Positions 1-12,139 of a stretch of 32,944 nt of DNA are shown one piece after another; position 1 is the stretch's first letter; each line of letters starts with the position of its first letter. A model generated the notes under the pieces. It searched no databases, had not been told where the DNA came from, and saw only the letters and a program-made list of their open reading frames with translations. This DNA is from Catajapyx aquilonaris (taxonomy: Eukaryota), in assembly GCA_000934665.2 (NCBI GenBank), contig JYFJ02004326.1:1-32944 (forward strand), given 5' to 3'. Made by a program: the position numbers and the translations under genes.

Positions 1-93
1 TACAAGAAGGGTTGAAAGTACCTATAATTAAAAAATTATGCCGCTAAGCCATGTCCTTCATACCTAGGTAGATAACTTTTTGACCCTCCCTCG
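1..93. mobile_element. End of a Tc1/mariner-like DNA transposon, truncated by the window edge
   Basis: Ends in ...AACTTTTTGACCCTCCCTCG followed by TA (94-95); the reverse complement TA-CGAGGGAGGGTCAAAAAGTT is a mariner-type terminus. Homology to the duplicate at 9379 begins exactly at this TA. Confidence 0.6.
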
Positions 94-2354
94 TATGCCA
101 CTGAATATCGAAAGACAAGGAGTGGTTAACTTGGGGATGCTCAGGTTCATTGGAATAAAACATGATGACCGATGAATATTTTTAGAAAAAGAACTTCCCA
201 GCTCCAAATTTTGATTACTTCATTTTTCATATTCATACCCAGTTCATACCCTTTCAGGTTGTGCAAAAGTAAAGGGGATTTAATATCAAGTGGAGGGGAA
301 GCAGGTGTAAGCCTTGCATAATCCACACAATCGTACAGCCTACCACAAGCAATACTTATTATCATAGGCCTATCACGGGGTAAAATAAAAAAAACTAATA
401 AAATAAGATCTTTATCATCAGGCTATATTTTATCTGGAGTATGTAACACAATATATGGTACCAACTCGATAACATCCTTCCCTGCATGGCATATATCGAC
501 ATCACGCCCCAATCACAAATGCATTAGTATATATACTTGAGTTATAAGAGTATTAGACCTTGAATACCCCCTGATAAAGGCTATAGGTGTGTACTGTACG
601 TATACGACCTCTGTAACACCTGATAGTACTTGATGTAAAACTGACGTATGCTAATGGAGGAATACTTTGTCACCTTCATAGCTTCTTGTAAGTCAGTGAT
701 CATCACTTGGAGCACTCAATAAAACGGAAATACAGTAGTATGTCGGACACCACGTAACGTCACACTTTTCTCTAGAAGGTAGCCTAATATAGGCAAGATG
801 TTTCAGATTTTTAAAGGCATCATTCTACTGCATAACATGTTGCTGAAGCATATCGCTATAAAATTGCTGATTTTTTCTTTATCTCCGATCTTCAGAGAAT
901 GACCTGTAGAATGATATGGTGACATTAATTTGGCTTGAGTTAATTGCACTTTTCCATCGAAAGATAACAATTGTAACCCTACATTCTCCTCATAATACTA
1001 GCAGTCAAGTATAATTTGTTAAAAACCTGCTACTTTCCCACTAACCACTAACTTTCACGTATAATGTCGACATCTCGTGCATTTGTAACTACCTTGATGC
1101 AATTTTAAAACAGTTAGCAGACAAAGCAAGTAACACTGGCACACTGCATACAAGTAGAGGTTCGTCTAAAGTTTATGTCACAAGCTTAGCCTATGGCAAA
1201 TGTGACGCTATGTTTTTCTGCACAGTGATTTCGTATAGCAAAATCCACTAAGGACTAAGGAATTCAGACATAATAACATGAAACAATGCTGTTTTGGTAT
1301 ATTGAAGAGGAATGTGCCACAAAAACTCCCTCCTTGAAACCACGTTTGTGTCCCTCAAATTTAAGTTTATGCTAGTCGGGATTATTTGCGATAGCATGGG
1401 CTTCACAACATGTGGTCACTGTGATAACAGTATAGTGATTACCCTATACAACAGTATACAACATATGAAATTCCCGGAGAAACTTGCGTTACTCTACTCA
1501 CAATGCCATTTGTTTTGTGACCACATCTCTGATTTCAGAACAAGATTTTGTCGGGGATTTTCAGGAGAAAGAGCGGTCATATAAATATTCTGGACATGGT
1601 GATAAATCAATTTCTTTTTCTGTCTAACATATTAAACTGTTGATAGAGTTTATATCCATATGTTCACTTTGCGTCGATTTGGTAAACAGTGCTGACGTCG
1701 CGTCGTTGCAAACGCAATCCCTCAGATACAAACCCTTTACCATACATAGAATAATACGTATACTGATGGAAGGTAATCTAAGATAACGCAAAAATGTTAT
1801 TTAACTTGATTCATCCTAAGCATAACATTCAGTATAGAATAGTATTGCTATTTCTATTGATATATGAAAAGCTTGATGTCGATTAATATCAGCTGGGCAG
1901 TTCTGTTCTAGATAAACATCTATATAGGAGAAAGCCGGACCAAGGTCCTTATACTTGTATACTTACAAAAGTACTGGTGCTGGCGCAACTGATCTGCGAC
2001 TCCCGATATGATGTTACTTCAGCACTGATGAATGTAATCAGTGGGCCTTTCCATTCATGCCTTCAGAGAACGGTGGTCAAGCTGCTATGCCACTGGTCAG
2101 CCAAATAGGAGGTACGGAGTTCAAACCTCGGTCTCTATCAGCACCTTCACTTGGGTTTTCTCCGCTTTCGTATAGGCTACACTGACGCGGAGTGTCGGAG
2201 CAGCAAACTCTTACACTCCACGCAATTATTCCATGCATTCAAGGAAAGAATGCACATACCGGTACTGCATGCGCACGATTCCCTTACCTAAGGGCCTAAA
2301 TGCTCAGGAAATACATTACGCATTATTGGGTTCTGTTTCGAACATCCGATTTTC
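94..2354 (+). repeat. Segmental duplication, copy A (direct repeat of 9379-12986)
   Basis: Colinear from TATGCCACTGAATATCGAAAGACAAGG to GAACATCCGATTTT, roughly 90% identical by eye. It lacks the four insertions found in copy B. Confidence 0.95.
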
Positions 2355-2361
2355 TAGCCTA

Positions 2362-2595
2362 CTTTATAATTGATATATTTAAGGAGGTTGGCCCAGCATT
2401 GCCTTTCAACCTCCAAGGATAGGGAAGGAAGGAAGCGGCTGTGGCCTATTATACGGAAGCAACCCCGGAATTATCCTAGAAAGACCGTGGAAAACCACAG
2501 TAAACCACGGTCAAGGTTGCCGGCCCCGGGATTCGAACCCAGGACCTCCCGATTAGCAGTCGGACGCCTTATCCACTATGCCAACCTGCTTCAGT
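2362..2595 (-). mobile_element. tRNA-derived SINE (SINE-1)
   Basis: Minus strand reads ACTGAAGCAGGTTGGCATAGTGG (A box) ... GGTTCGAATCCC (B box). Body is shared with 23577-23760 (ATAGGCCACAGCCGCTTCCTTCC). 3' hairpin GGAGGTTG..CAACCTCC then an AT-rich tail. No TSD seen. Confidence 0.85.
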
Positions 2596-4300
2596 ACATG
2601 GGACCACTATGCCATACCTTGTTCCTCTCACCTCCTCTAGTGGAACACCAGGCGGGTATATACATTGTTGGAGAGGAAGAAGATGTTGGCATTTCGAACA
2701 ATAAAGAAACGACCTATTGTATGGAGTCAGTAGACACTGATCTCGACCCACTACAAGGGCAGCAGTTTAAAAACCTGCTGAAGAAGTTTGCCCATTTGTT
2801 TAGTACAGGTCCATGGGATTTGGGGAGAACTAAGGCTATAGCCCATACCATTGATACCGCGGACGTGCCCGACGTATCAAACAAGCCCCTCGTCGGGTAG
2901 CCCCCTTTCAAAAGGAGGTTATACGAAAACAGATAGAACAAAAATGCAAGAAAGGGGTGTGATACGCCCAAGTAGTAGTCCCTGGAGTAGTCCGACATGT
3001 CTGGTAACCAAACATGACGATAGTCCTCGATTTTGTGTGGACTGCCGTAGGGTAAACACCCTTACTGAGGTGGATGCATTTCCAATACCACACATTGATG
3101 ATGGTTTGGAGTCATTGGCTGGGGCCATATATTTCTCTACTATATCGACCTGACTGCGGGTTATTGGCAGATAGAAAATAGAGGAAGAAGATAAAAAAGA
3201 ACCATGCATTTGTAGTACCTGGAAGAGGGTTGTATGAGTAAAACGTACTCCCTTTTGGGCTGGTAAACGCTCCATCAACGTTCCAACGCTTGATGGAACA
3301 TATTTCGGCGGGTCTCACCTGGCAAACCCGTCTTATCTACCTAGATTACATCTTGGTCTTCAGTACGTCCTTCGAGACATCTGAGTAGGTTATAGGAGCC
3401 AATCTTAAGATGAAGCCTACTAAGTGCCAGTTCAAAAAGTATCAGATAAAATATCTTGGTCACATCGTGAGTCAGACAGGAGTCCAACCTGACCCCATCA
3501 AGGTAAAAGTGGTCGAGGAGTAGCCTACCCTGTACCGGGTACGACGAAGGAGGTCCGAGCATTCATCGGCTTAGCCTCGTATTATCGGAGGTTTATTCCG
3601 TCATTCGCAACTATTGCTCGTCCCCTTCATCTTTTGACAAGAGAAAGTGTTGACTTTGTGTGGGGTCTTGAACAGGACGCAGCCTTCAAAACATTGAAGG
3701 AAAGATTCCATGTCTGTGCCAATTTTGGCCTGTCCGGAATTCTCCTTTGCCTTTGACGGTCTACACTGAGACCAGTATTGTGGGAATAGAGAATATTCTC
3801 TGTCAAACCCAAAATGGAAAAGGCAATTAATAATGAATTCTAGCAGGGTCCTGTCTCCTGTACGGAACAATAAAGTATTCGGGCATTGAAAGTGAAAAAT
3901 TGGGTTTGACCCAAGCCCTGAAGACGTTTCGTCCCTATATTTATGGACAACGATGTCAAGGGTCACTGACCACAAACCTCTTCAATGGCTGCGTAGCATG
4001 AAGGATCCTACGGGGAAACTAGCTCCTTGGGTGTTACTGCTGGAGAAATTTGGGCCGCAGATTTCTTTTCGTTCGGGAAAGTCCCTTCCTCAGGTGGACG
4101 CCCTTTCAAAGGCACCTAATCAGACTGTCCCGGCTGAAGGATTGGTTGCTCCTCTGTTTGGAGAAAGTTTGACAAGCCAATGCAAAGAGAAGATAAAGAC
4201 ATCAGAGCTAGGTCATAATTTATGTAAGAAGGAAATCCCTTCTTCCTTCGGAGATATACATCTACGTTGGAAAATATATTTGACAAATTTGAGAGACGAT
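2596..4300 (+). pseudogene. Decayed Ty3/gypsy LTR-retrotransposon pol: reverse transcriptase and RNase H
   Basis: Motifs across frameshifts and stops: DLGRT..HTIDT, GVIRPSSSPWSSP..LVTK..RFCVD.R.VN, FPIPHID, DL..GYWQ, LPFGLVNAPSTFQRLM, catalytic YLDD mutated to YLDY (3338-3349), YLGH.VS, F.GLASYYRRFI, TDHKPLQWL...GKLA.W...DALSK. No integrase core or LTR found. Confidence 0.93.
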
Positions 4301-4309
4301 GGGGAGTAA

Positions 4310-4830
4310 ACCCGTAGGTCCGGGAAACCAATAGAGCCATAGAGGTCGGTGGGGCAGATCCCGACCTGAACTGATCCTTCAATGGGAAATGTTGTATAAA
4401 ATCCCCCTACCCCTGTTATCTCAGCTACAACCACTCTGGTAATCATTAACAATCAGGCATACCGTGCTTTGATCGACTCCCATGCTGTATGTTCGGTTGT
4501 CAGTCAGAGAGGGTATGAAACAGCATTCCTCCAGCAGGCTTAAAACCGCCGTTGTATCCTTGTTCCAATACATTGCGTGTAGGAGATGGACGACGCATGA
4601 TTTCTAAGAGAAAAGCTCAACTTTCAGTTTCCATAGGAAGCGAAACCTACCAACTACAATAATCTATGGTAGTACGAAACCCTATTGAAGAAGTCATTCT
4701 GGGTGTATACTTCCTCACACAAACCGGTAGTCACATTGATTCCGACAGCCATACCCTTACCTGTAGACCTCCGTCCAAAGAACACAGCCCTTCTCCTTAT
4801 CCCCTCTGCAAAGTGAGACTCACCCTCTGC
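4310..4830 (+). pseudogene. Gypsy gag/pol junction and retropepsin (aspartic protease) remnant
   Basis: GGGAAAC-CAATAG (4322-4334) resembles a gag end. It is followed by V.INNQ.YRALIDSHA.CSVVS (D at 4475; DSGA mutated), LRVGDGR and EVILGV.FL...SHID, the three retropepsin motifs. Confidence 0.75.
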
Positions 4831-5593
4831 CAACAAGTCACTGGTTGTGTATTCACACTTTATGTCTAGGGTGACAGTAGTCTACTGCTGAATCTTTTAC
4901 CTGATGTTGTATTGAGGTTGAAAAAATTGTTTTTTCCTCTTTGATAATATAAACAATAATTTATAAAGACGTAATTTCCCATGTGTATGTATACCACATC
5001 TGACCTACTACTCAACTATACTGTATTGTATAAGCTGTTCGACTGCAGCGACAGGCAGCGGAAGAAGCCTTGAGCTATAAGATTAACTATTACTCGTCAT
5101 TCCCAACTGGATTTCCTATTACAATGAGCTTGAAGTTCAAATTGACAATATTAAAGTATAACACGCTTTTATTTCAAATCAATTGTGAACCCAAGATTTT
5201 TCACCAAGCTCATAATTTCGCACTGTGTGTCGTGAAATTAGAGAAGTACAAAGGGTTAATAAGTTGCAGTAATTTTATTATTACTTAAGCTTACTATGTC
5301 TTCATAAGTTATATTACATTATTTACAATGTGTAAAAAACACTTACCGGTATGTTAATGCCTTTGTTTGAGACATGTTTCCTACACCACAGATCAAGTTA
5401 TATTCGATATTACAATTTCCATGGTATCATTGTAGGCCACACAACGCAGATACAATGGCCTACAATGTGTACAGTATTGTACTGTACATGCATTTGATAC
5501 AGGTCTTAATACACATAATACTTCCCATATGTTGGCATTGTCAACTATTCTGTCGCAGAATTTGCTATACACAAAATTCAAACCTCCATATTC

Positions 5594-8500
5594 TTAGAAC
5601 CGCTTTTCTTCTATAGACTCTGATAGGTGTTTTTCACCGTCTGGAGCACGCTGAGCAGCCTGCCTCCTATTTGTTATTACGAGCCATCTGGGAGGGGAGA
5701 AAAGGGAGTTAAGCCTCTGCATCCGAAAACATGATACAATGATCATAATATAATGTATGATAAGTGTAATTTTTCGTTACGCGTAAATTAACAAAGGCAG
5801 CATTCCAGTAGCCGCAGTTAGGAGAAAAAAGGCTCCAGGAAATGTATCGAGAGTGGCATAGTACAGGCCAGTGTACACTGGAGTAGCAATTAGAGGTGCA
5901 GTAGTTTCCATTACAGCAATAGCACCATTCAGTTTACCTGCAGGACGAGAGGTCATAGAGAGAAAAATATACATTGCAATTACAACTTCATCATGTACAG
6001 TACTGTACATACCGATTTCATGCTTTTCTACAAGTTTAGTAGGCATAACCCGACTTAGGAACAACACGGTCCCACCGCATGTTCCAATAACAGGGCCTGA
6101 AAAATGCAAAATGGCACAGACGCTGTCAGTTAATAAAGAGTAACAGTAAATATTGCTTTCATTGACATTAATTTTGTGAAAAGTGCAATTAAGACACCCT
6201 TGTCCTTCACTTGCATCAGAAAAAGTGTTGCTCACCTAAAAACATCATCCATGTAGTCGAGGCAAATGCAAGCCATAAATTGCTGGCGATCATACTCAAT
6301 ACTGAAATTATGCCTACTACTTCGTCAGCCCAATTTAGTTTCTTCACCAGGATCACCATTGTTACAACGCTCCCTGGAAAGTCCCACACAACGAGAGTTA
6401 AACTGAACTTTCACAGTAATAAGAGTACCAGAACAAGCTGATTGGTTGTCGATCATAACTTACCTAATACTATGAAGCCAATAGTAAGAGTAACGTAGTA
6501 TCCAAACTCCTCCACACTCCAGTCAAGATGTTTTTGCACAAATAAGTACATTATACTACTCTCACCTGAAAGATATATAGAGACAATATATTGCATTGCA
6601 TCATTAGAATATATTTTTTCATGCAAGACAACCCCATAAAGACCCATCACATCTTTATCAAGCCCCATCTGTATGAATCACATCAAAGGTATATAATTAT
6701 GTCGTTAACGGTGTAGTTTTAGACATTTCTCAGACCCACATTTTCCAGCATCCGGAAGTTTTGCCTGGGTTTCAGAAGACTACCAGTAAATAGGAAATAT
6801 TCCTACACACTCAGTCTCTTATCCCTGATATACATTTTTGGTTGATGATGTCATAAATCTCAAATCCCATCTGACTTAATGCAACACATGTTTTCTTAAC
6901 GCCTCAAGCGATAGTAGGTGATATTACCACTTCTGCCCTTCTTGGTAAGGTATCGCAACTCCTTGATATCGAACTGTTTGTTCAGCACAGATACACATGT
7001 ATGGTTAAGTACGTAATTATTGAGCAACAAAATAATATCCTGGTATGTGGATAAGTAAAATTAAGGCACAGCAGAATTTATTCAGAATTTGATAGGAATT
7101 AAATATTTAAAGCATTACCTGTAATAATTTAAAACAATTTTGTTGATTTTCAAGATAGTTTAAGTAAAAGAGTGTATTTGATTCTTCTCTACATAAAGCC
7201 TTTTTCGTTGCTTTTTATCTCTTATGCCATATTATGCAACTAATTAACATCTGTTTACATCATATCGTATGGACTATCCAATAAGAACCTTAGGCGTGAA
7301 GCATTATTAAGGAAGTAGTGACATTTGTCATGTGCGGAAAGATAATGATAAGTATTTTCTAGTCACAGTCATATTGAAAAATAAGGAAATTCTGACTTTT
7401 ACAAACTAATCCCAACTGAATTAAATATTTCAATAATTTGATGCAAGATTTTGTTGCACACTAGCAGCGCATGATTGTATGTAGAAGATGCTCTGTTCAG
7501 TGAGATATAAACTATCCAGGCCCACTCTGGGTAAGGTCGTCTATTTAGTTATTTTCAAATACAGTAAAACCTCCATATAACGCTACACCATATAACGCTA
7601 TCACACATATAACCTTCAACCCCCAACCTTGATTCCTCACAAGTATGTCATTATGTCTTCAGATTAGTTGTGCTAGCAGTATGCATTAGAAATAATAACT
7701 GAATGCTTTCACCATTATCAGCTCGATAAAATATACCCTTTTTATCTTGGAATTTATGGGTTACCTGAAGGTAATAAGGTCATACGTGCCCAATGAAGTT
7801 GCGTTTGTTTGGCCCCTACTATCAACATTTGGCTACATATGGAAATATGATTAGCTTCTGTAATTGCCCCCCATTGTGGTGCATAACTTAGTCCCACTAA
7901 CTGTAAGCACATGAGTGACACCAAAACTGTTATAAAATAATCCCACTATAATCAAATCAACAGCATCTATAACACACAGCCTCCAAACTACCGCTTCCTA
8001 AATCCACCTGCATCCCAGAAAATCAAAGAAATAATCATACCAATCATGGGCCAGAAAGCCACAAACAAAACCAGTAGCAGCATGACCAATTTGACATTGT
8101 TGTTATGCTCTCGCTTCTTGCAAAGAGTCCTGAAGACATCCACGAGATTGTTGATCCCTTGCATAAACACATTTCCATTCTCGGTTGGTTTGGCTCGCTT
8201 GATGTCGTAGATGAAAATTGTGATGTAAATAAAACATAATGATTCTGCAACAATACCCATTGCAAATATTCCAACGTAACCCATTGACCTGCAAGTCAGA
8301 AGTGAATCCGTTTGTAAAATTGGTACAAACAAAAATGTCACTTTTTACATACTTGAGAAGTGCTCCTCCAGCAGACATTCCAATCGAGACTCCAATGGGA
8401 ATGCACGCATTCAGTGCCCCTATTCTGAATGTCCTTCTAGCCAAGGTGCAATGGTCTATGACATAGCTGTTCACCGCCATGCTGAATGCCACGAGAGAAC

Positions 8501-9141
8501 CCGTGATGCCCACTGGAATGTACCCGGCTAAAATCACGGATTGTGCTCTCCAGTCCTGGCAAACTACACTTAGAAGAAGTCCTATCTGCTTCAGAATGAA
8601 TCCAACCATAGGAATTATCATGCACATCTTGCGTCCATGTCTATCAGACCACGAACCCATGAAAAGTACAAACGCTATTGGCACTGCGTTTTCAACCGCG
8701 GGCTTCCATGCATTAATAGAAGTCACAACCTGGAATTGAGAGGTTTTGTTCAACACTAGTTACGCAGATTGGTGAGGCATTTACCTTTTGTGACTCAACT
8801 TCTGCTTCAGCGAGCTCCCCGGTCTTGTTCTTCTCAGACAGATTTTGGCAGATGGAGTCAGGAAAACCCAGATCTACGGTGCATGCCTTTTGTAGCATTA
8901 GGCTTGATATGACAACGTCCGAACACATGTAGAAAGTAATGTGGAATAGCAGCAACACTTCCACTCGTATGTTGTACATGATGTATTTCACCTTCCCTCC
9001 AAATGAGAGGCTCTTGTATGGTGTCTCATTTTCTTCTTCTGTTGCGTCCTTGTCGCTCTCCGATGCCATGTCCATCATGTTTGTGGTAGACTCGGTGCTC
9101 TCACCCCTTGAAAAAGCATTGCTCTTGTTGTCTGTTAGCAT
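5594..9141 (-). CDS. SLC46 family (proton-coupled folate transporter/HCP1/SLC46A3-like) MFS transporter, paralog 1, 518 aa
   Basis: Exons 9141-8785, 8729-8353, 8288-8041, 6565-6464, 6373-6236, 6096-6013, 5937-5781, 5687-5594. All introns are GT-AG and phases are consistent; total 1557 nt ending in TAA. Motifs: LQKAC...C first loop, GSWSDRHGRK (MFS motif A), RTFRIG, GE..I.YLF...W, E.GK..G, Y..T...FPGA. C-terminus EEKRF. Confidence 0.92.
7562..7615 (+). mobile_element. pogo/Tigger-like terminal fragment in the long intron of paralog 1
   Basis: TA-CAGTAAAACCTC followed by three CATATAAC repeats. No partner end found. Confidence 0.4.
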
Positions 9142-9548
9142 TGTGCACGTCAGATCTCTGCCACTAGAATGAGTCCAAATGAAATGGTGCAAAGTCAGTA
9201 AGCATTATTTTATAAGTTGATCTGGTTTTATATCAGCTCTGGCAGTTTGCCAGTGTGATTCCATACTGTCGCGTGGGCATTGTCCTATACGTGTCATTCA
9301 AGAAACAGGATTAACAAACATACCGTACCTGTTTAGTAACCGACCATTATCAGTTTTAAGATTAACATCAGCATGTTATATGCCACTGAATATCGAAAGA
9401 CAAGGAGTGGTTAACTTGGGGATGCTCGGGTTCATTTGAATAAAACATGACCGATGAATATTTTAGAAAAAGAACTTCCCAGCTTGATTACTTCATTTTT
9501 TCCCATTCAAACCCTTTCAGGTTGTGTACAAATGTCTTGTGCAAAAAT

Positions 9549-9550
<2 letters not shown>

Positions 9551-9603
<53 letters not shown>

Positions 9604-9657
9604 ACAACAACAACAACAACATCACGACATTTCCCTACATGTGAGGGGTTGTTAGCG
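9551..9657 (-). mobile_element. 5'-truncated retroposon 3' end (RTE-like) with a (GTT)n(GAT)n tail
   Basis: Absent from copy A and flanked by AAAATAT (9544-9550, 9658-9664). Minus strand reads CGCTAACAACCCCTCACATGTAGGGAAATGTCGT, then the compound microsatellite. Confidence 0.6.
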
Positions 9658-10510
9658 AAAATATAGGGGATTTAATTTCAAGTAGAGAGGAAGCAGGTGT
9701 AAACTTTGCATAATCCACACAATCATATACCCTAGCTACCACAAGCAATATTTATTATCAGACTATATTTTATCTGGAGTATGTGTAACACACAATCTAT
9801 GGTTATCGAAAACATCCTTCGCTGCATGGTATCGACATCACGCCCCAATCACAAATGCATATAGTATACTTGAGTGAGCATAGACCTTGGATACCCCCCT
9901 TGATAAAGGCTAGGTGTGTACGTCTACGATCTCTGTAACACCTGATAGTACTTGATGTAAAACTGACGTATGAGATCTCGGAGGAATACTCTGTCACCTT
10001 GATAGGATCCTGTAAATCAGCGATCATCACTTGGAGCACTCAATAAAACGGAAATAGTATGTCGGACACCAGTTAACGTCACACTTTTCTCTAGAAGGTC
10101 AGAGGCAGGAAGTTTCAGATTTATAAAGGCATCAGTCTACTCTCTACTGAATAATGTTGCTGAAGCATCAGTATCGCCGCTATAAAATTGCTGATTTTTT
10201 TTCTTTGTCCCCCCTTCAGAGAATGACCTGTAGAGTGATATGGTGACATTTGGATTGAGTTAACTACACTTTTCCATCGAAAGATTACAATTATTGTACC
10301 TTATATTCTCCTCATAATACTAGCACTCAAGTATCGTCATTTGTTAAAAACCTATACCATACCAACTTTCACGTATAGTGTCAACATCTCGTAACATTTG
10401 TAACTATAATGGTGTAATTTCAAAACAGTTAGCAGACAAAGCAAGTAACACTGGCACACTGCATAGAGGTTCGTCTAAAGTTTATGTCACAAGCTTAGCC
10501 TATGGCAAAT

Positions 10511-10586
10511 GAATAGGTCATTTTGAAAAGGGCAATATTCACAGGAAAAGGGCATTGACTCGTGCCCTTTTCAAAATCACCGATTC
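10511..10586. mobile_element. 76-bp miniature inverted-repeat element (Sola1-like)
   Basis: Absent from copy A. 24-bp TIR GAATAGGTCATTTTGAAAAGGGCA / TGCCCTTTTCAAAATCACCGATTC with 2 mismatches. Inserted after AAAT; the right TSD is imperfect (ATAAT). Confidence 0.7.
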
Positions 10587-10965
10587 ATAATGTGACGCTA
10601 TGTTTTTCTGCACAGTGATTTCGTAGCAAAATCCACTAAGGAATTCAGACATAACAACATGAAACAATGCTGTTTTGGTATATTGAAGGGGAATGTGCCA
10701 CAAAAACTCCCTCCTTGAAGCCACGTTTGTGTCCCTCAAATGTAAGTTATTCTAGTCGGGATTATTTGCGATAGCATGGGCTTCAGAACATGTGGTCACT
10801 GTGATAACAGTATAGTGATTACCCTACAAAAGTATTCAGAATATGAAATTGCCGGATAAACTTGCGTTATTCTACGCGCAATGACATTTGTTTTGTGACC
10901 ACCTCTCTGATATTCAGAACAAGATTTCGTCGGAGATTTTCAGAAGAAAGAGCGGTCATATAAAT

Positions 10966-11645
10966 GAATGACCCAGAATGGAAAGGGCATAAGTCCATGA
11001 GACAAAATTTTACAGGGGAGACAAAAAACTTAAATGCGGCATTGTAAATTCGTCAAGGTGGTCGGACTTGCGGGAATGTTGATCTTAGTCGACATTGGCA
11101 TCATGTTGAGCAGAGTTCGGTGGAAAACGCGTCATGACAGATGCGTGAGAGCGATTTAAAGGGACGGGACTTACGTCCCTTTCATTCTGAAAGATGGCAG
11201 GATGAGAAAATCTGTGCCGTTCTGTCACATGATAACATAAGTAACACAAAATAATGTATTATGTTGTGTTACTTATGTTATCATGTGACAGAACGGCACA
11301 GATTTCCTCATCCTGCCATCTTTCAGAATGAAAGAGACGTAAGTCCCGTCCCTTTACTTCAACATTTTCCTGAATACATGTAGGTATTTACCGGATAATG
11401 ACACGATGGACAAAGTGCATTTTCATTCCGAAGCAGCAATTTCAGCATGGAAAAGGTGTAAGTCTAGATCTTCCCCCTTTGCCATTCTGGAGGCAATTCT
11501 GACATGCTGAAATATAGCATATGGGTGGGGACTTTCGCTCCCTCTCATACTGGATCTTATGCCCTCCATGCTGAAGAGTTTCCTTCCGCGAAAAAGTCAT
11601 TTTGACCAAAAGGTGGACTTATGCCCTTTCCATTCTGGGTCATTC
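10966..11645. mobile_element. 680-bp MITE, Sola1-like
   Basis: Perfect 32-bp TIR GAATGACCCAGAATGGAAAGGGCATAAGTCCA and a 4-bp AAAT TSD. Copy A has the empty site (ATATAAATATTCTGG). Confidence 0.88.
11157..11356. repeat. 200-bp near-perfect palindrome inside the MITE
   Basis: TAAAGGGACGGGACTTACGTC...GTAACACAA / TTGTGTTAC...GACGTAAGTCCCGTCCCTTTA. Arms about 93 bp with two mismatches and a short AT-rich centre. Confidence 0.95.
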
Positions 11646-12023
11646 AAATATTCTGGACATGGTGATGATCAATATTTTTTTTGTCTAACAAATTAAACTG
11701 TTAATAAAGTTTATATCCATATGTTCACTTTACGTCGATTTGGTAAACAGTGCTGACGTCGCGTCGTTGCAAACGCAATCCCTCAGATACAAACCCTTTC
11801 CCATACATAGAATAATATGTATAGATTGATGGAAGGTAATCTAAGATAACGCAAAAATGTCATTAACTTGATTCATCTTAAGCATATCATTCAGTACAGA
11901 ATATTATTGCTATTTCTATTGCTATATGAAAAGCTTGATGTCGATTAATACCAGGTGGGCAGAATGTTCTGGGCTAGATAAAATAGGAGAAAGCCGGGCC
12001 AAGGTCCTTAATTATATGCTTAC

Positions 12024-12084
12024 GAAAGTACTGTGCTGGCGCAACTGATCTGCGACTCCTGATATGATGTTTCTTCAGCACTGA
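12024..12084 (-). promoter_or_regulatory. Candidate transcription start and non-coding first exon of paralog 1
   Basis: TCAGT Inr-like motifs (12084-12080, 12048-12043) precede a donor GTAAGC at 12023, which is GTAAGT at 1966 in copy A. The ATG at 9141 is preceded by a branch point and acceptor (TACTGAC...CTAG, 9165-9164), suggesting an upstream exon. These are short motifs only. Confidence 0.3.
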
Positions 12085-12139
12085 TGAATGTAACCAGTGG
12101 GCCTTTCCATTCATGCCTTCACTGAACGGTGGTCAAGCT

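Noticed and set aside
2370..2900. 176-aa ORF as a gene
   Set aside because: Chance fusion of the antisense SINE with the start of the decayed pol frame.
9447..9666. Poly-Ile and poly-Ser ORFs
   Set aside because: Translations of the (ATC)n(AAC)n microsatellite.
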